From the NCBI RefSeq assembly GCF_009914755.1, contig NC_060941.1: a stretch of 64,000 nt of DNA. One strand, written 5' to 3'. Shown one piece after another: positions 41,360-53,650 of this stretch. Position numbers and translations under genes: made by a program. The first letter of the stretch is position 1. Each line of letters starts with the position of its first letter. Source of the DNA: the human T2T-CHM13v2.0 reference genome, Homo sapiens. The notes under the pieces were generated by a model. That model was not told the DNA's origin. It saw nothing but the letters and a program-made list of their open reading frames with translations, and did not search any database.

Positions 41360-42010
41360 TCAAAGGATTTACCCCAGAAACTCCACATACAGAAACTACA
41401 GAATATCTAGTAACTTCGGATATTTTTTTTTCTGGAAAAAGATATTCCTGATATGCAGCCATTGCTGTATTTTCTGGAATGAGTATCTATGAATTAACAG
41501 AGATTTTTAATAATTTGTTTACTGTGAACTCTTTTGGAAATGTGGTCAAGTCTATGGACTTCTTTTTAGAATTACATGTGTAAATGCATAACTTGAAACA
41601 CAACGAATTATAAAATAAATTATATGGAAATGCAGTTGCAATCTGAAAGTATTTAGAAAATAAAATTGTGAAACATAACATATACACTTCCTTATTAATG
41701 CCGCCAATAACAAGACCTGAAGGTGGGTCTACCAACTACCATAATTTCGAAGCAGTGAAGAGTATAGATGATATCTTGAGATTTTTACAACACTGCAGTG
41801 TGATATAAAAATACCTATGATTTTTGTCGGTGATAAAGCCTTAGTAATGACCAACACTATTGTGTCTTGTCACATACACTTGTGATGGAAAGAAATACTA
41901 CATTTCAAATAGAGGTTAGAAAAAATAAAGATGTAATTTTTTCCTATCCTAACTTAAGGATTCCAAGAATTCTATTCATAGATCTTGTTTGTAGGGATCT
42001 ATGAACACTG
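41360..42010. mobile_element. hAT-Charlie-like DNA transposon remnant
   Basis: catttcaaatagaggttagaaaaaataaagatgtaatttttt resembles Charlie-family subterminal sequence. Confidence 0.4.
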
Positions 42011-42159
42011 AGCTAAGGATTCATGGACAACTCTTAGACCTAAATATTCACATGATTTTAAAATAATCTTTTTTTCTATTTTCCCAAAAGATTTACTCTA
42101 TTCATTCCAAACAAATGGTTTCCTTCTAACATAAATCAGGTAAGACCAAACCCTTATTA

Positions 42160-42640
42160 AAGACTTGGAATGAACCCAAATGCCCACAATGGTAGACTGG
42201 ATAAAGAAAAATGTGATACATATACACCATGGAATACTATGCAGCCATAAAAAGGAATGAGATGATGTCCTATACTGAGACGTGGATGACGCTGGAAGCC
42301 AGTATCCTCAGTAAACTGACACAGGAACAGAAAATCAAACACTGCATGTTCTCACTCATAAGTGGGAGTTGAACAATGAGAATACATGAACACAGGGAGT
42401 GGAACAACATACACCAGGGACCTGCTAGGGGGTGCGGGGGAGGGAGAGCATCAGGACTAATAGCTAATGCATGCAGGGCTTAATACCTAGGTGATGGGTT
42501 GATAGGTGCAGCAAACCACCATGCCACACATTTACCTATGTAACGAACCTGCACATTCAACACATGTATCATAAAGCCTAAAATAAAATAAAATGTAAAA
42601 ATTAAATAAATAAAAAATAAAATAAAATGTTTAAAAAAAA
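42160..42640 (+). mobile_element. L1PA (older, PA8-PA13-like) 3' end
   Basis: agactggataaagaaaa...gcttaatacctaggtgatgggttgataggtgcagcaaaccacc plus A-rich tail. Confidence 0.92.
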
Positions 42641-42804
42641 CACTTCTATGTTTTATGTTTTACGGTTTCAGATCTCAGGGGTAATATAAAGATATCTCAC
42701 TGGTAAATATGGGAAGAATAAAATAAAATAAGGGGGAAAAAAGATTCTTCCAGGCACTCTTTGATCTACGTTGTGTCCTAGGTTTTTCACATCATATTTA
42801 TATA

Positions 42805-43248
42805 GCTCAGAGCCACAACAGGAAGCAGATGGCACATTCAAAAAGGGATGATTTAAGAAAGGTTTATTTACAGAGGTGTGGTATAGGGAAATCACAAAAG
42901 ACAATGCAGTAACCTGGGGCTTGCCATTTTTAGACTCAAAAGGACAAACAGAGGTAGCAATTACTTGATCCAATTAGTAAAAGGACAAGTTGAGTTGGCC
43001 AGCTTTAGAGAGTCAATGATCTTCACTTGGGGGAAACAGCCAACCCAAAATGACTTCTCATGTAGGAAGCCACTGGAGAAAATACCCTGATCTTACCTTC
43101 CTCCCCTTTTCCTGCCTCTTGCCAGGGTTCTCCACTGAGTGAACTCAACCAGAAGCCAAAGGACATGGAAACCCATTGATGTCCCTCCCAGGACAAGGTG
43201 GATGAACAGAAATTGATCTGAAAGGACAAATGGAAGAAATACAATGCA
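42805..43248 (-). mobile_element. LTR33-like (ERVL) solo LTR
   Basis: Reverse complement begins ttccatttgtcctttcagatc...catcaatggg...tggcttctggttgagttc, as in LTR33. Confidence 0.7.
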
Positions 43249-44227
43249 ATGTTGATGAAATTTCATCCTCTGCCCCTCTTCCCTCCATCTCTCTCACCTC
43301 TTGTTCGTAGGTACTTTTCACCATGGACATCCTAAAGCTTCCCAAATATGCCACTTCTTTCAGTTGTCTACACATTAACACAGTCTACACTAGTATACCA
43401 TTTGCCTCTTCCTCTAGTTGAGCTCCTAGTTCTGTCCTTACTTCGTGTTCACGATCAAGCTCAAATGTCACCTCCTCTTGGAAGCCTTCTTCAATATTCC
43501 ACAGTGATTTTCATCCATGCTTGCCTCTGTGTTTCCCCAGCACATACATCACTGCCACATTCCCCAAAGCATTTGCCTAAGAACATGAGTCCTGAAAGGT
43601 GTTATTAGGTAGAACATGAAATATCAGGATACCTTCCAATATTTTGGAAGGTGATACCTTTCTACATTGCAGCAATTACCAAATTCCTGTAGTCTCTAAA
43701 TGAAAAGCCCCCAGAATGAAGGGGCAGATTTGTCTGAAGAATTATTCAGATAGCAGTGCAAGGGAGAAGCAAAAATAGGAAGACACTGTGCCTTTGTTGG
43801 GTACAAGGTATATCAATTATATAGCACTGCATAAATACACAGAGAACAAGATTTTTCCTCTAAATCACAATCCTGGTCCTCATAGAATAGACCCTAAGGA
43901 ATATGCTTATTTAAAATAAGAAAATATCAATTGAATGTAACTTCAACAAGAGCAGGAAGGTCAGGCCAATCAGTTTATAAGGAGTGAAACAGTCTAAGAG
44001 ACCAGATGGCACAGAGACAGGAAGCCAGAGAGATGAAGACAAAAGTTCGTTGGTAATATCAGCAATTCTATAGGTATATTTTCGTTGTCTAAAACTTATT
44101 TTTTATAAACACAGCCATTTCACAGTGTCCACATATTATTTCTTCCTTCTGATAAAAATCTGTTTAAAAAACAGTCCTACTTTTGAAAAATGTTAGGCTA
44201 TCTTACAGAACAAAATAAAAAGTCTCT

Positions 44228-44720
44228 TAAACTTAAATGCTTATTGCTAAGTGAAAGAAAACAATCTGAAATGCTATATGCTATATGAGTCCAACTATAT
44301 GACATTCTGAAAAGAAAGCAAAACATTGGAGATAGTAAATAGGTGAGTGGTTGCCAGAAGGTGGGAGAAGGGAGGCATGGATAGGTGAAGCAAGGGGATT
44401 TTTAGGGCAGTGAAAGCACTCTGTATGGTATTATAATAGTGGATGCATGTCATTATACATTGGTCCAAACCCATAGAATATACAACACCCAGAGTGAACC
44501 CTAATGGAAACTATGGGCTCTGGGTGATAATGATGTGTCAGTGCAGGCCCATTGGTTGTAAGGAATGTACCACTCTATGGGGCGTGTTAATAGTGGAGGA
44601 GGCTGTGCATGTGTGTGGGGGCAGGGGGCTACAAGAGTTACAAAAAGTAAAATCACTCTCTTTACCTTTTGCTCAATTTTGCTGTGAACCTAAAACTGCT
44701 CTAAAAAATATAGTCCAATT
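44228..44720 (+). mobile_element. L1MC-like 3' end
   Basis: ccaactatatgacattctg...caaacccatagaatatacaacac..agagtgaaccctaatg...caattttgctgtgaacctaaaactgctctaaaaaata. Confidence 0.85.
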
Positions 44721-45977
44721 GTTTTTCTTTAAAAAGAGAACAATTAAAAAGAAAAACAAAGTCTCCTCTTCCCACATTCTCCAATTTCCATAAGGAAAGG
44801 AGAACAGCACCCTCATGGGCCAAGCACAACTGCAGCCATGTCACTGAGAGGGAGATGGGATGTAATCCATAGAAAATTGGAGGGCGTTGACTCTGCCATG
44901 TCCTCCCCACTAGATCTGCGTCTACCAGAAAGTTTTTATGTCTTGTTCCTAGTCAATAGGGGGTTTGTTCACGTAGCTCCTAACCCTATGTTGTTCTCAC
45001 TTTACAGAAATGTTCCACCCCAAAGCAGCAATGGTACCTGAACCACGTCAGTCCCTGGTGGACACTATTTTTCATACACACCTTGAGGAATGTCCTGGAG
45101 GAATCGCTTGGCAATCTTCAGACGAGAAATGCTCATGGTAAATTGTGGATTTCTTCTTTAGCTCCTTTGGGGGATGTTACGGATACCATGCCTCCATGGC
45201 CAGACTGTTAGGAAGTTTAAAATCAGAGGTGATTACCAGGGAGTGGGTACCTCGAGCAACCTGGAAGCAGGGCGCTGAGACCTGTCACACACAGTCAGGA
45301 ACTCCATCAGCAGCTGATGTTGGCAAGGCCCTGAGACCTTTCCAAAATACCAAAAGCAAATTCATTTCTTCCAAATGAGCTTCCCTAAACTTGGTTATTA
45401 GAGCCTGACCAGTTCAGATGGCTGGGTTCACGGAAATGAAAACCATTTTTCTCATGACCAACTCTGAGTTTCCAGTCTAACAGCCACAGCAAAGTGGCTT
45501 GATCTCTGTTCTACTCAAGTTCACAAAAAGGCAACAGGTCCTCAGAGGGTTGAGCTTGTGTGCATTTTCATAAGAGGAAATAAAACAGAGGTAATATGCA
45601 GTAATGAAAATCCTTTGGGGGCACTGGGAACTCAGATCACTGAATTTCTATGTGCAGGTCCTGACTTATCTGCACCTTGACTTTTCTATCTGTAAAACAC
45701 ACCTAGCAAACTTGACTTCTAAGCATGTGATGTGATATGGCTAAAGAAGTCCCAGCAAAGCTGGGAACTGTTCATCCCTTGAGATTATTCACTCACGTTG
45801 CTCCCTGTGTCTCTTACTCTCCTTCTCTACACATCTATGCATTGCCAACTTAGCATACTTGCAAACAGCTATAAAAACTGAATCTGGATCTCTCGGATCC
45901 TTCCACAAATTTTTAGATATAGAAATACTGAACAAATGCCTGGAAACTAATATATCAACCTCAAGAATGGATTGAAG

Positions 45978-45979
<2 letters not shown>

Positions 45980-46022
<43 letters not shown>
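45980..46022. repeat. (GT)n microsatellite
   Basis: Directly visible. Confidence 0.95.
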
Positions 46023-46024
<2 letters not shown>

Positions 46025-46194
46025 ATGCATATGTGCATGTTTTCCAAATCACTTTATCTTTTGACAATGGCTACAAGAGTTACAAAAAGTATAATCAATT
46101 CTTTTTTGGTTAATTACATTATGCCTTACTAAGGACAAAAAACAAATATGAAGACTAAATCTTACCCATATTGTTTTTTTCTCAATTAATGTCA

Positions 46195-46720
46195 CCAAGT
46201 GTATCAATGGATTGTTTTTGGCTGCAAGAAACAAAACACCCAGTTAAAAGGGGTTTACACAGTAAGGACACACCAATAAGTGAGGAAGTAGGTGGCTTCA
46301 GGAAGGGTTCATTCATCAGCTCAATAATTGGTCTCTCTCAGAGTCTCCTGGCTTTCCCTGATGGTTGCAATTTGTCTGTCGCAGCATTAGGCATTACTTC
46401 GTACATGGCAAGTCAAGGCAAAAAGGAAAGGCCAATTTTGATGAATTGTTTTATGCAATATTTCCCAAGAGCGCCCAGCAAATTCCTACTGTCTTTCTCA
46501 TATGCCAAGTTTAGGATGCCCACCTCTAAGCCAATTGCTGACCAAGGGATGTTCAAGAGTGTTACGATTGGCCCAGATCAATCAAGTTCCCTCCCTTAGG
46601 ATCCTCCTGGTCCACCTGCCTTGACACATTGCTGTTTAAACCTCGACCTAATCAAGGTTCTGCTAGGAAGGGAGTAGCAGGAATGGACACACTGGGTAGA
46701 TAATCAATAGTTGCCTAGTT
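46195..46720 (-). mobile_element. Old MLT1 (K/L-like) LTR
   Basis: tttggctgcaagaaacaaaacaccca...catgccc-like core...aatcaaggttctgctaggaagg. Confidence 0.45.
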
Positions 46721-47177
46721 ACAATACTTTCTTCATTGCTTAAATATGTCTATTTAAACACAAACTATATAAACATTCTTAACTGAATAACAGATTACAT
46801 AGTTATCTGCAATTGGAACAGAAATCTACTGTCTATATGACAGAGGTCTGGAAGTCCTTTTTACAAATTAAATTCAAAGCAAATTTTCTAGTTTCCAACT
46901 TTTAAAAAACTTTATCTAAGCTATTAAAATCCTAACATTCTTATAAAGTTAATCTTTCCTCCAAGGGTCTCTCTTTTTTAGTGGTCATAAGACTGAACTG
47001 CCAATCAAAGATCTAAATATGTATCAATAAGTATTAACAACTAAAGCTGATCATCTTTCATCACTTCTGTTTTTATCAGACAAAATAAAACAAATAAATC
47101 AAACATTACTGAGACTGGAATGATTATAACTAAATTCAGCTCACAATGAAGTGAAGTGGTGTGTGTGCACATATGTA

Positions 47178-47179
<2 letters not shown>

Positions 47180-47217
<38 letters not shown>
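47180..47217. repeat. (GT)n microsatellite
   Basis: Directly visible. Confidence 0.95.
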
Positions 47218-47218
<1 letters not shown>

Positions 47219-48472
47219 TATTAGTCATCAACTACCCATGCTGACCTGTTAGCAATATGGCTTGTTGATATGATTATTTGAATAAAGCTATACATTTCAA
47301 GTCCACTTAAGAAACCAATCAGCAATAGCTCTGAATTCAGTAATAGCTTAGATATTTTCACAAGGACCAGGCCAGATGTGTAGTCAGCCATGTTTAGCTT
47401 TACGCTGACATTGGAATCAATGTCCGAAAAGGGGAAAGCAAAGATATTCAGGGAAAACAACTCCAGAGTCAAAGGAGGTGTCATGCCAGCTGAAAACACA
47501 CTTGTAAAGAGAATGAATGTCTGTTTTTCTGCTCTTTTATCCCCTGATAGAACAATCAGCATCATCCGCTCGCCAGCCCCCAATGTTTTCATCCCAGTGA
47601 GCTAGGGCTTCTTTCCTAAATAGGCAACTAGCATTGCAACCTTCCTCCTCCCATCCCCACCAAAGCTTACCTATCCTGTGTCCTGTTCCAAGATGACCCT
47701 GCTTGAAATGATGGAAATGAATCCTAAAGATGAAATTAAATGTCACTGTGCTCATGGGCAGTAATGGTTTGGGAACGAGACTTGCAATGGAGCAGTTGCT
47801 TACAGGTCATGCCCAAAAGGAGTAATTCCTCCTGCAGATCGCAGGTATCTCAGAGAGGGAGGTAGGTAGAGAGCTCTATTTGGGACAGGAGAGGTGTCTC
47901 CCAGATCAGACCAGGGTGGTGGACTTCAGTTCCATTTAGGTTTCTGGACAGCTCTGACGACAAGGACAGAGGTTTGGTCACGTGGAGGTCTTGAGCCCAA
48001 GTCTCTCCACTTTCAATGTGCACAAGTCACAGACACAGCCCTCAGAACCTCCACAGCAAAAGGCTGAGTCCAGCCCAGACTCCGCAAATTCCCTCCTCCC
48101 TCGCAGGCCAAACAAGAACTAATTTTAAACCACCACAACCCAGCTTGGGGAAAAGGCCCAGGAAAGCTCTGCAACGGAACAGACAAAACTGTGCACTCCA
48201 CCCAAGTTGTTTACTTCTCCACGGAGCCTTTCAGGGACTAAACACTGGTCTGGGGTTTGGGATGTCATCCATTCTACCCTGAAATTCCCTTTTCAGGTTA
48301 GGATTAGGAAATCCATCCCCACATTGGTCCCCACCTAGCCAGAAGCTCCTGCCTTTGTCCTCTTTTTGGTTTTCATTAAGAATTCAAGTCTGGATTCCTA
48401 TTACAGAAGAGCTGAAGAAAGAGTCCTGCTAAAATTTGTCTATACCATATACACACTTAAGCTAGAAGCTTC

Positions 48473-49437
48473 TGTATCAGTCAGGGTTCTCCGGAGAAAG
48501 AGAACCAAGAATAGATTATATATATATATATTTATATATATATATATTTATATATATATATTTATATATATATATATTTATATATATATATTTATATATA
48601 TATATTTATATATATATATTTATATATATATATTTATATATATATATTTATATATATATATTTATATATATATATTTCATATCATTAAGAAAAAACAATA
48701 ATTTATAATTTGCTGTATAACATAATATGGAATATAATCTATAACATAATATGTAATATAATATATAACATAATATGGAATATATACATTATATTCCATA
48801 TTATGTTATATAGCAAATTATAAATTATTATTAGTATTTATACATAAATTTACATGTATTTATAATTTATAATTTGGCACATAACATAATATAGAATATA
48901 TAATGTAATAGAAATTTTATTAGAAATAGCATGTAATTATTATATTATATAAAGGTAACATAATTGTGTGATATAGTTTATATATCAATTACAAAGGTAA
49001 CATAATTGTGATATAGTTTATATATCACACAACATAATTGTGTGATATAGTTTATATATTGTATTATATAAAATAATACAATAACATAATATACAAGTAT
49101 TTATTAGCTTATTTACTTTCAGGAATTAGCTCATGCAATTCTCAGGGCTAGAAAGTCTAAAATCCATAGGGCAGGCTGGCAGGCTGGAAATTCCTGTGTG
49201 AGCTGAGGCTGCAGTCTTAAGGCAGAATTTCTCCTCCAAGTTTTTGGTCCCAAGGCCTTCAACTGATTGGATGAGGCCCACCCACATTATCCAAGGTAAT
49301 CCCCTTTACTTAAAGTCAACAGGTTGTCAATGTTAACATCCACAAAATACCTCCTTAGCAACACTTAGATTATTGTTTGATTAAATGACTGAATACTGCA
49401 GCCTGTCCAAATTGACACATAAACTTATCCATCACAG
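48473..49437 (-). mobile_element. MLT2 (ERVL) LTR with ~600 bp internal AT-rich expansion
   Basis: tgtatcagtcagggttctccggagaa...[AT tract]...aggaattagctcatgcaatt...caactgattggatgaggcccacccacatt...aattgacacataaacttatccatcaca. Confidence 0.88.
48516..49100. repeat. (TA)n-type tract plus AT-rich direct and inverted repeats
   Basis: Directly visible. Confidence 0.95.
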
Positions 49438-49639
49438 CTTCCAACGGCTTTGCTGGTATCTGAATCTCTATGAAATCCTTGTATGATAGAAGCTCTGGGG
49501 TTGTTCAAACCTCTTAGCTATGTAAAGCCACAGACTTGGTGGACCTAGGATACACGGTGTAACTCCACCCCAGGTCAGGCAGTGCCACCCCAGAAACAGA
49601 GGTCTCAGTACCCAAATAAAGTAACAATAAAACTCTCAG

Positions 49640-49850
49640 GTTGAATGCTTATTATGTGTTAAACAATTTGCTAAACATGGTAGCAGCAGCATTTGACGGG
49701 AGCTATTTCACTGAAATCAATCCCTCACATTCTTCCTTTAGAGATGAGGAAAATCTGAGGCTCAGAAAGGTTCTGTCACTTGTCCAACGTCACACAGTGT
49801 TTTCAGTGGGGGATTAAGATTTGAACCCGACTGTCCTAACTGCTCAGGCC
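49640..49850 (-). mobile_element. MIR
   Basis: tttagagatgaggaaaatctgaggctcagaaaggtt...gtcacacag...gatttgaaccc. Confidence 0.75.
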
Positions 49851-51009
49851 TGCACCGTGTCCTGGAGAAAAATGTTATCTCCAAGTCTAAAAGTGGATAG
49901 ATAATGAATTTCTTCTTTCTTCCCTTCCACCTTCCTTCCCTGTCTTCTTTCCCTCCTTTCTTCCCACCTACCTCCCTGCAACTGCTATAAACGTCTACGC
50001 TGGGCACAGCCCTGAGTTCGCAAGTTAGCAGCTGGAGAGAAGGGGTGGCAATAGGGAGGGAAGGACACAGTTGAGATACCGAGCGTTTTCAACTAGCAAC
50101 TAATCAGGGTAAAGCAGGAAGAGAAGTTTTGAGTTGCAAAACATGTTTTTGCCAAAACTAAAAATTTGGCTCTGAAATGTTAAAATGTTACCTCCGGCCA
50201 GAGATGCCCTAAAAACATCTACCTTTACTCACACTCGCACTTACCCTGATGACATTTTGATGCAAACTTTCTCTGACTCCCAGACTAGAAGAGACCAAAG
50301 GATGCTACCAAAATCAGTCCCTGTCTTCAAGCAAAAGTGCTCACTGCATTTCAGATCTTCTCGGAGGAAGAGTCCAGCCTCACCTAAGACACTCACCTGC
50401 ACAATGAATGACACGTGACATTGTCATGGCAGCTTTTGTCCTGACCTAGCCTTAGGTAGCACTGACAAATCCACTGCGTGCTCACTATTGGGTCATTTGA
50501 CATTTGGAATCGGTGACCTGACAACACTGCCGTACGGAAAGGCTAACGGAAACAGAGGCTGCAGCCACAGCCCAGGAACGGTGGTCTTTCGCACACATGG
50601 GGCAGCCTCTGCCACAACTTTTTCTTCCAAGGAAATCAACACAAATGAAAACTGGCTGATGCTCTGGTCCACCAGAGGCTGAAGAAGAAAACCGCAAAAT
50701 GGAGACTGCCCAATTCTAATTTAATTCAGAAGAACAAACAGGGCATCACTCAGCGGACTTCAAATCCCCAGTCAGAAGATTTTGCCCGTGGAGCAAATCG
50801 TTTCATGGGCCATCTACCCCACCTACTCCCTCCTGCCACAGCAAGGAGGTGAAAATAGCTCATGAAGCCATGGTGAGTGACATTCTCGTGACATTGTTGT
50901 CAATGTTGATCTTGTACTTTTTTAAAATGTCAAGTCAAACACACAATAGGAAAAATTTATTTATAAAGTAGCTACAGTACTGCTATGTGAGGCTCGCATT
51001 CTCTCTCTC

Positions 51010-51280
51010 TGCTCATGTCACTCAAGACCCTGGTCAAATGCCACTTTCTCAGAGAAGTCTTTCCTGGCCACCCAACACTCACTTTCCCTCGAGATCTGCT
51101 TTATTTTCTTTGTGACATCAAACTGTATGTTTGTTTGTTTCCTTATGATCTGTCCCCACTATTGGAATGTAACCTCTATGCAGATAGGGGCATTAATTTA
51201 ATCACAGCTGTGTTCTAAGCATTTAGAACGATATCTAGCACACAGGAGGGGCCCGATAAATATTTGTTGAATGAATGTAT
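51010..51280 (+). mobile_element. L2 3' end
   Basis: tcaaatgccactttctcagagaagtctttcctggcca...taaatatttgttgaatgaat. Confidence 0.75.
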
Positions 51281-51519
51281 CAATGGACTGGTCCAAGAAT
51301 CAGTCATTTAAAAGACCCTGATGAAAACGAGCTGCCCTGGGGTTTGATATTTGAAGTTTCTCTTATTGGAGAGCTAGTCTGAAAATTCTTGACCACAGTT
51401 TCAAACCCCATGTGTTATGATTACACTGGTGTCAGGGAAGCTCTGACTTGGCTGGTCAGTAAACTAGCTGTGGAATTTTTCTACTTGTCACATGGACAAA
51501 AATGTCCTTGAGGAGGTAT

Positions 51520-51770
51520 ACAGTGGAAAGTTTGAGATCAAGTGCTGAAAATCAGATGGCCCAGGTCCCAGTCCTGGATCTGGCACTTCCTAGATGAGTC
51601 TTGAAATACTGATTTAACATTCCAGTGTTTTAGTTTCCTTGTCTGAGAAACATGGATGATACCCATTGTATCTACTTCAGAGGGTTTCATGTAAGGAAAA
51701 ATAAGCAGATACATGTAAGTCACATTTGCTGGCACATAAGGGAGTGCTCAATAAGTGCTAGTTATTGTTA
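51520..51770 (+). mobile_element. MIR
   Basis: tagtttccttgtctgagaaacatggatgat...tggcacataagggagtgctcaataagtgctagttatt. Confidence 0.7.
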
Positions 51771-51813
51771 ATATTATAATTTTAAAAAACTAATAGAAAC
51801 ATATTATTTAATC

Positions 51814-51971
51814 TAGGGCTAGTGCTTGGGCAAGGCAAGTGAAGCACCTAGAAGGCAAAATGTTAAAGGGTGGCTCACTCTCAGGTGCTGACCGTGCACC
51901 TGTATGACTCTGAGAATCCTTACATTTTGAGTGCTAGGTACACCACACACCTCACCCCAGCCCCAGCTCTG
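51814..51971. mobile_element. Palindromic hAT-Tip100 MITE (MER91-like)
   Basis: agggctagtgcttgggcaaggcaagtgaagcacctag...cactctcag...ctgagaa...ctaggt...cctcaccccagccccagctctg shows fold-back organisation. Confidence 0.55.
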
Positions 51972-52503
51972 CAAGGAAAAGACGAGCAAGAAATAAAACA
52001 ATGTAGTGCAAAAAATGTTCAATGCAGTTGGTCTCGTGGTTTAACGATGTTTACAGAAAACACCTGACTCCAGTGAAATGTAATTCACGAGAAGAGCCAG
52101 AGTTCATACAACCACAGGACCACAGTCACATTTTAGTGAATGTATTCCTAGAGGTCTCTGGATAAAATCCTTGCTGATAATGAGAACAGTGGTTCTCAGG
52201 GCCAATCTTCAGACTTGCTTGAGGCTCCTAGGGCTTCCACCCAATGTATCTGTAGGCAGGTCCACACACACATTATGCAAAGAGAGATCTTTGAGATGAA
52301 CCTATAAAGACAAAACTTTATCATTAGAAAAAAAAAGTGCATTCGTAAATGTCATAACAATAAAATTATACTCCAAGACTTTGTACAAGATGAAAGTAAT
52401 ATGAAGAAGGGGCTACAGGAAAAACCTCAAAATCATCAGATGCCCAACTTGTCCAAACACAGTATAAGGAAAATGACTAACATGGTTTATTCCTATATAT
52501 CAT

Positions 52504-52860
52504 TGTATTAGTCTCTTTTCATGCTGCTGATAAAGACATACCTGAGACTGGGCAATTTACAAAAGAAAGAGCTTTAATTGGACTTACAGTTCCACATGGC
52601 TGGGGAAGCCTCACAATCACAACAGAAGGCAAGGAGGAGCAAGTCACGTCTTACACAGATGACAGCAGGCAAAGACAGAGAGCTTGTGCAGGAAAACTCC
52701 CCTTATAATAACCATCAGATCTTGTGAGACTTAGTCACTATCATGAGAACAGCATGGGAAAGACCTGCCCCCATGATTCAATTACCTCCCACTGGGTCCC
52801 TCCCACAACACATGGGAATTCAAGATGAGATTTGGGTGGGGACACAGCCAAACCATATCA
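52504..52860 (-). mobile_element. THE1B/C solo LTR
   Basis: tgtattagtctcttttcatgctgctgataaagacatacc...aaccatatca; TSD atcat/aacat. Confidence 0.93.
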
Positions 52861-53370
52861 AACATGATGTAGTTCCTCCCATGTCGTGTGGATAAACCAA
52901 CCCTGCTCTCTCTAACCACACATCTGACTACCTTAGGGAATGGCTGAGAAGTCACAGAACCAGATACAAAGAAGGCTAACTATTTCTGGGATATGCTATC
53001 CTAAATTCTGCCCACTAAGGTTGTCCATGTAGAATGGTGGCAGATAAGCCCAATTTCCTCTCTTTCAGGAAATATGAATATTAAGCAAACCAAGACAAGA
53101 TTGGTCTCTAAAGCCCAGTTCTCTATGAAGGTTGCTATGCCTCACAGTCCTGGCTACTAGGATCCGGAGAGATAGCATCCCTTTCTCCCCCTCAACATGC
53201 ACCAATCTTGCAATAAATCCCCATTACAGAAAATAAACTGAGTTGAGGTCCTCTTTGCAGAGCCTGACATAAGGTTTCATACTTATCCATAATCTCCAAA
53301 TGTACTAATAAATTTTGGTAATAATACAACTATCAAACTAAAAAGAGAAAATGAAAAAAAAAAAAGTCGG

Positions 53371-53650
<280 letters not shown>

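Noticed and set aside
48366-48701. 111-aa IY-rich ORF
   Set aside because: Translation of the (TA)n tract.
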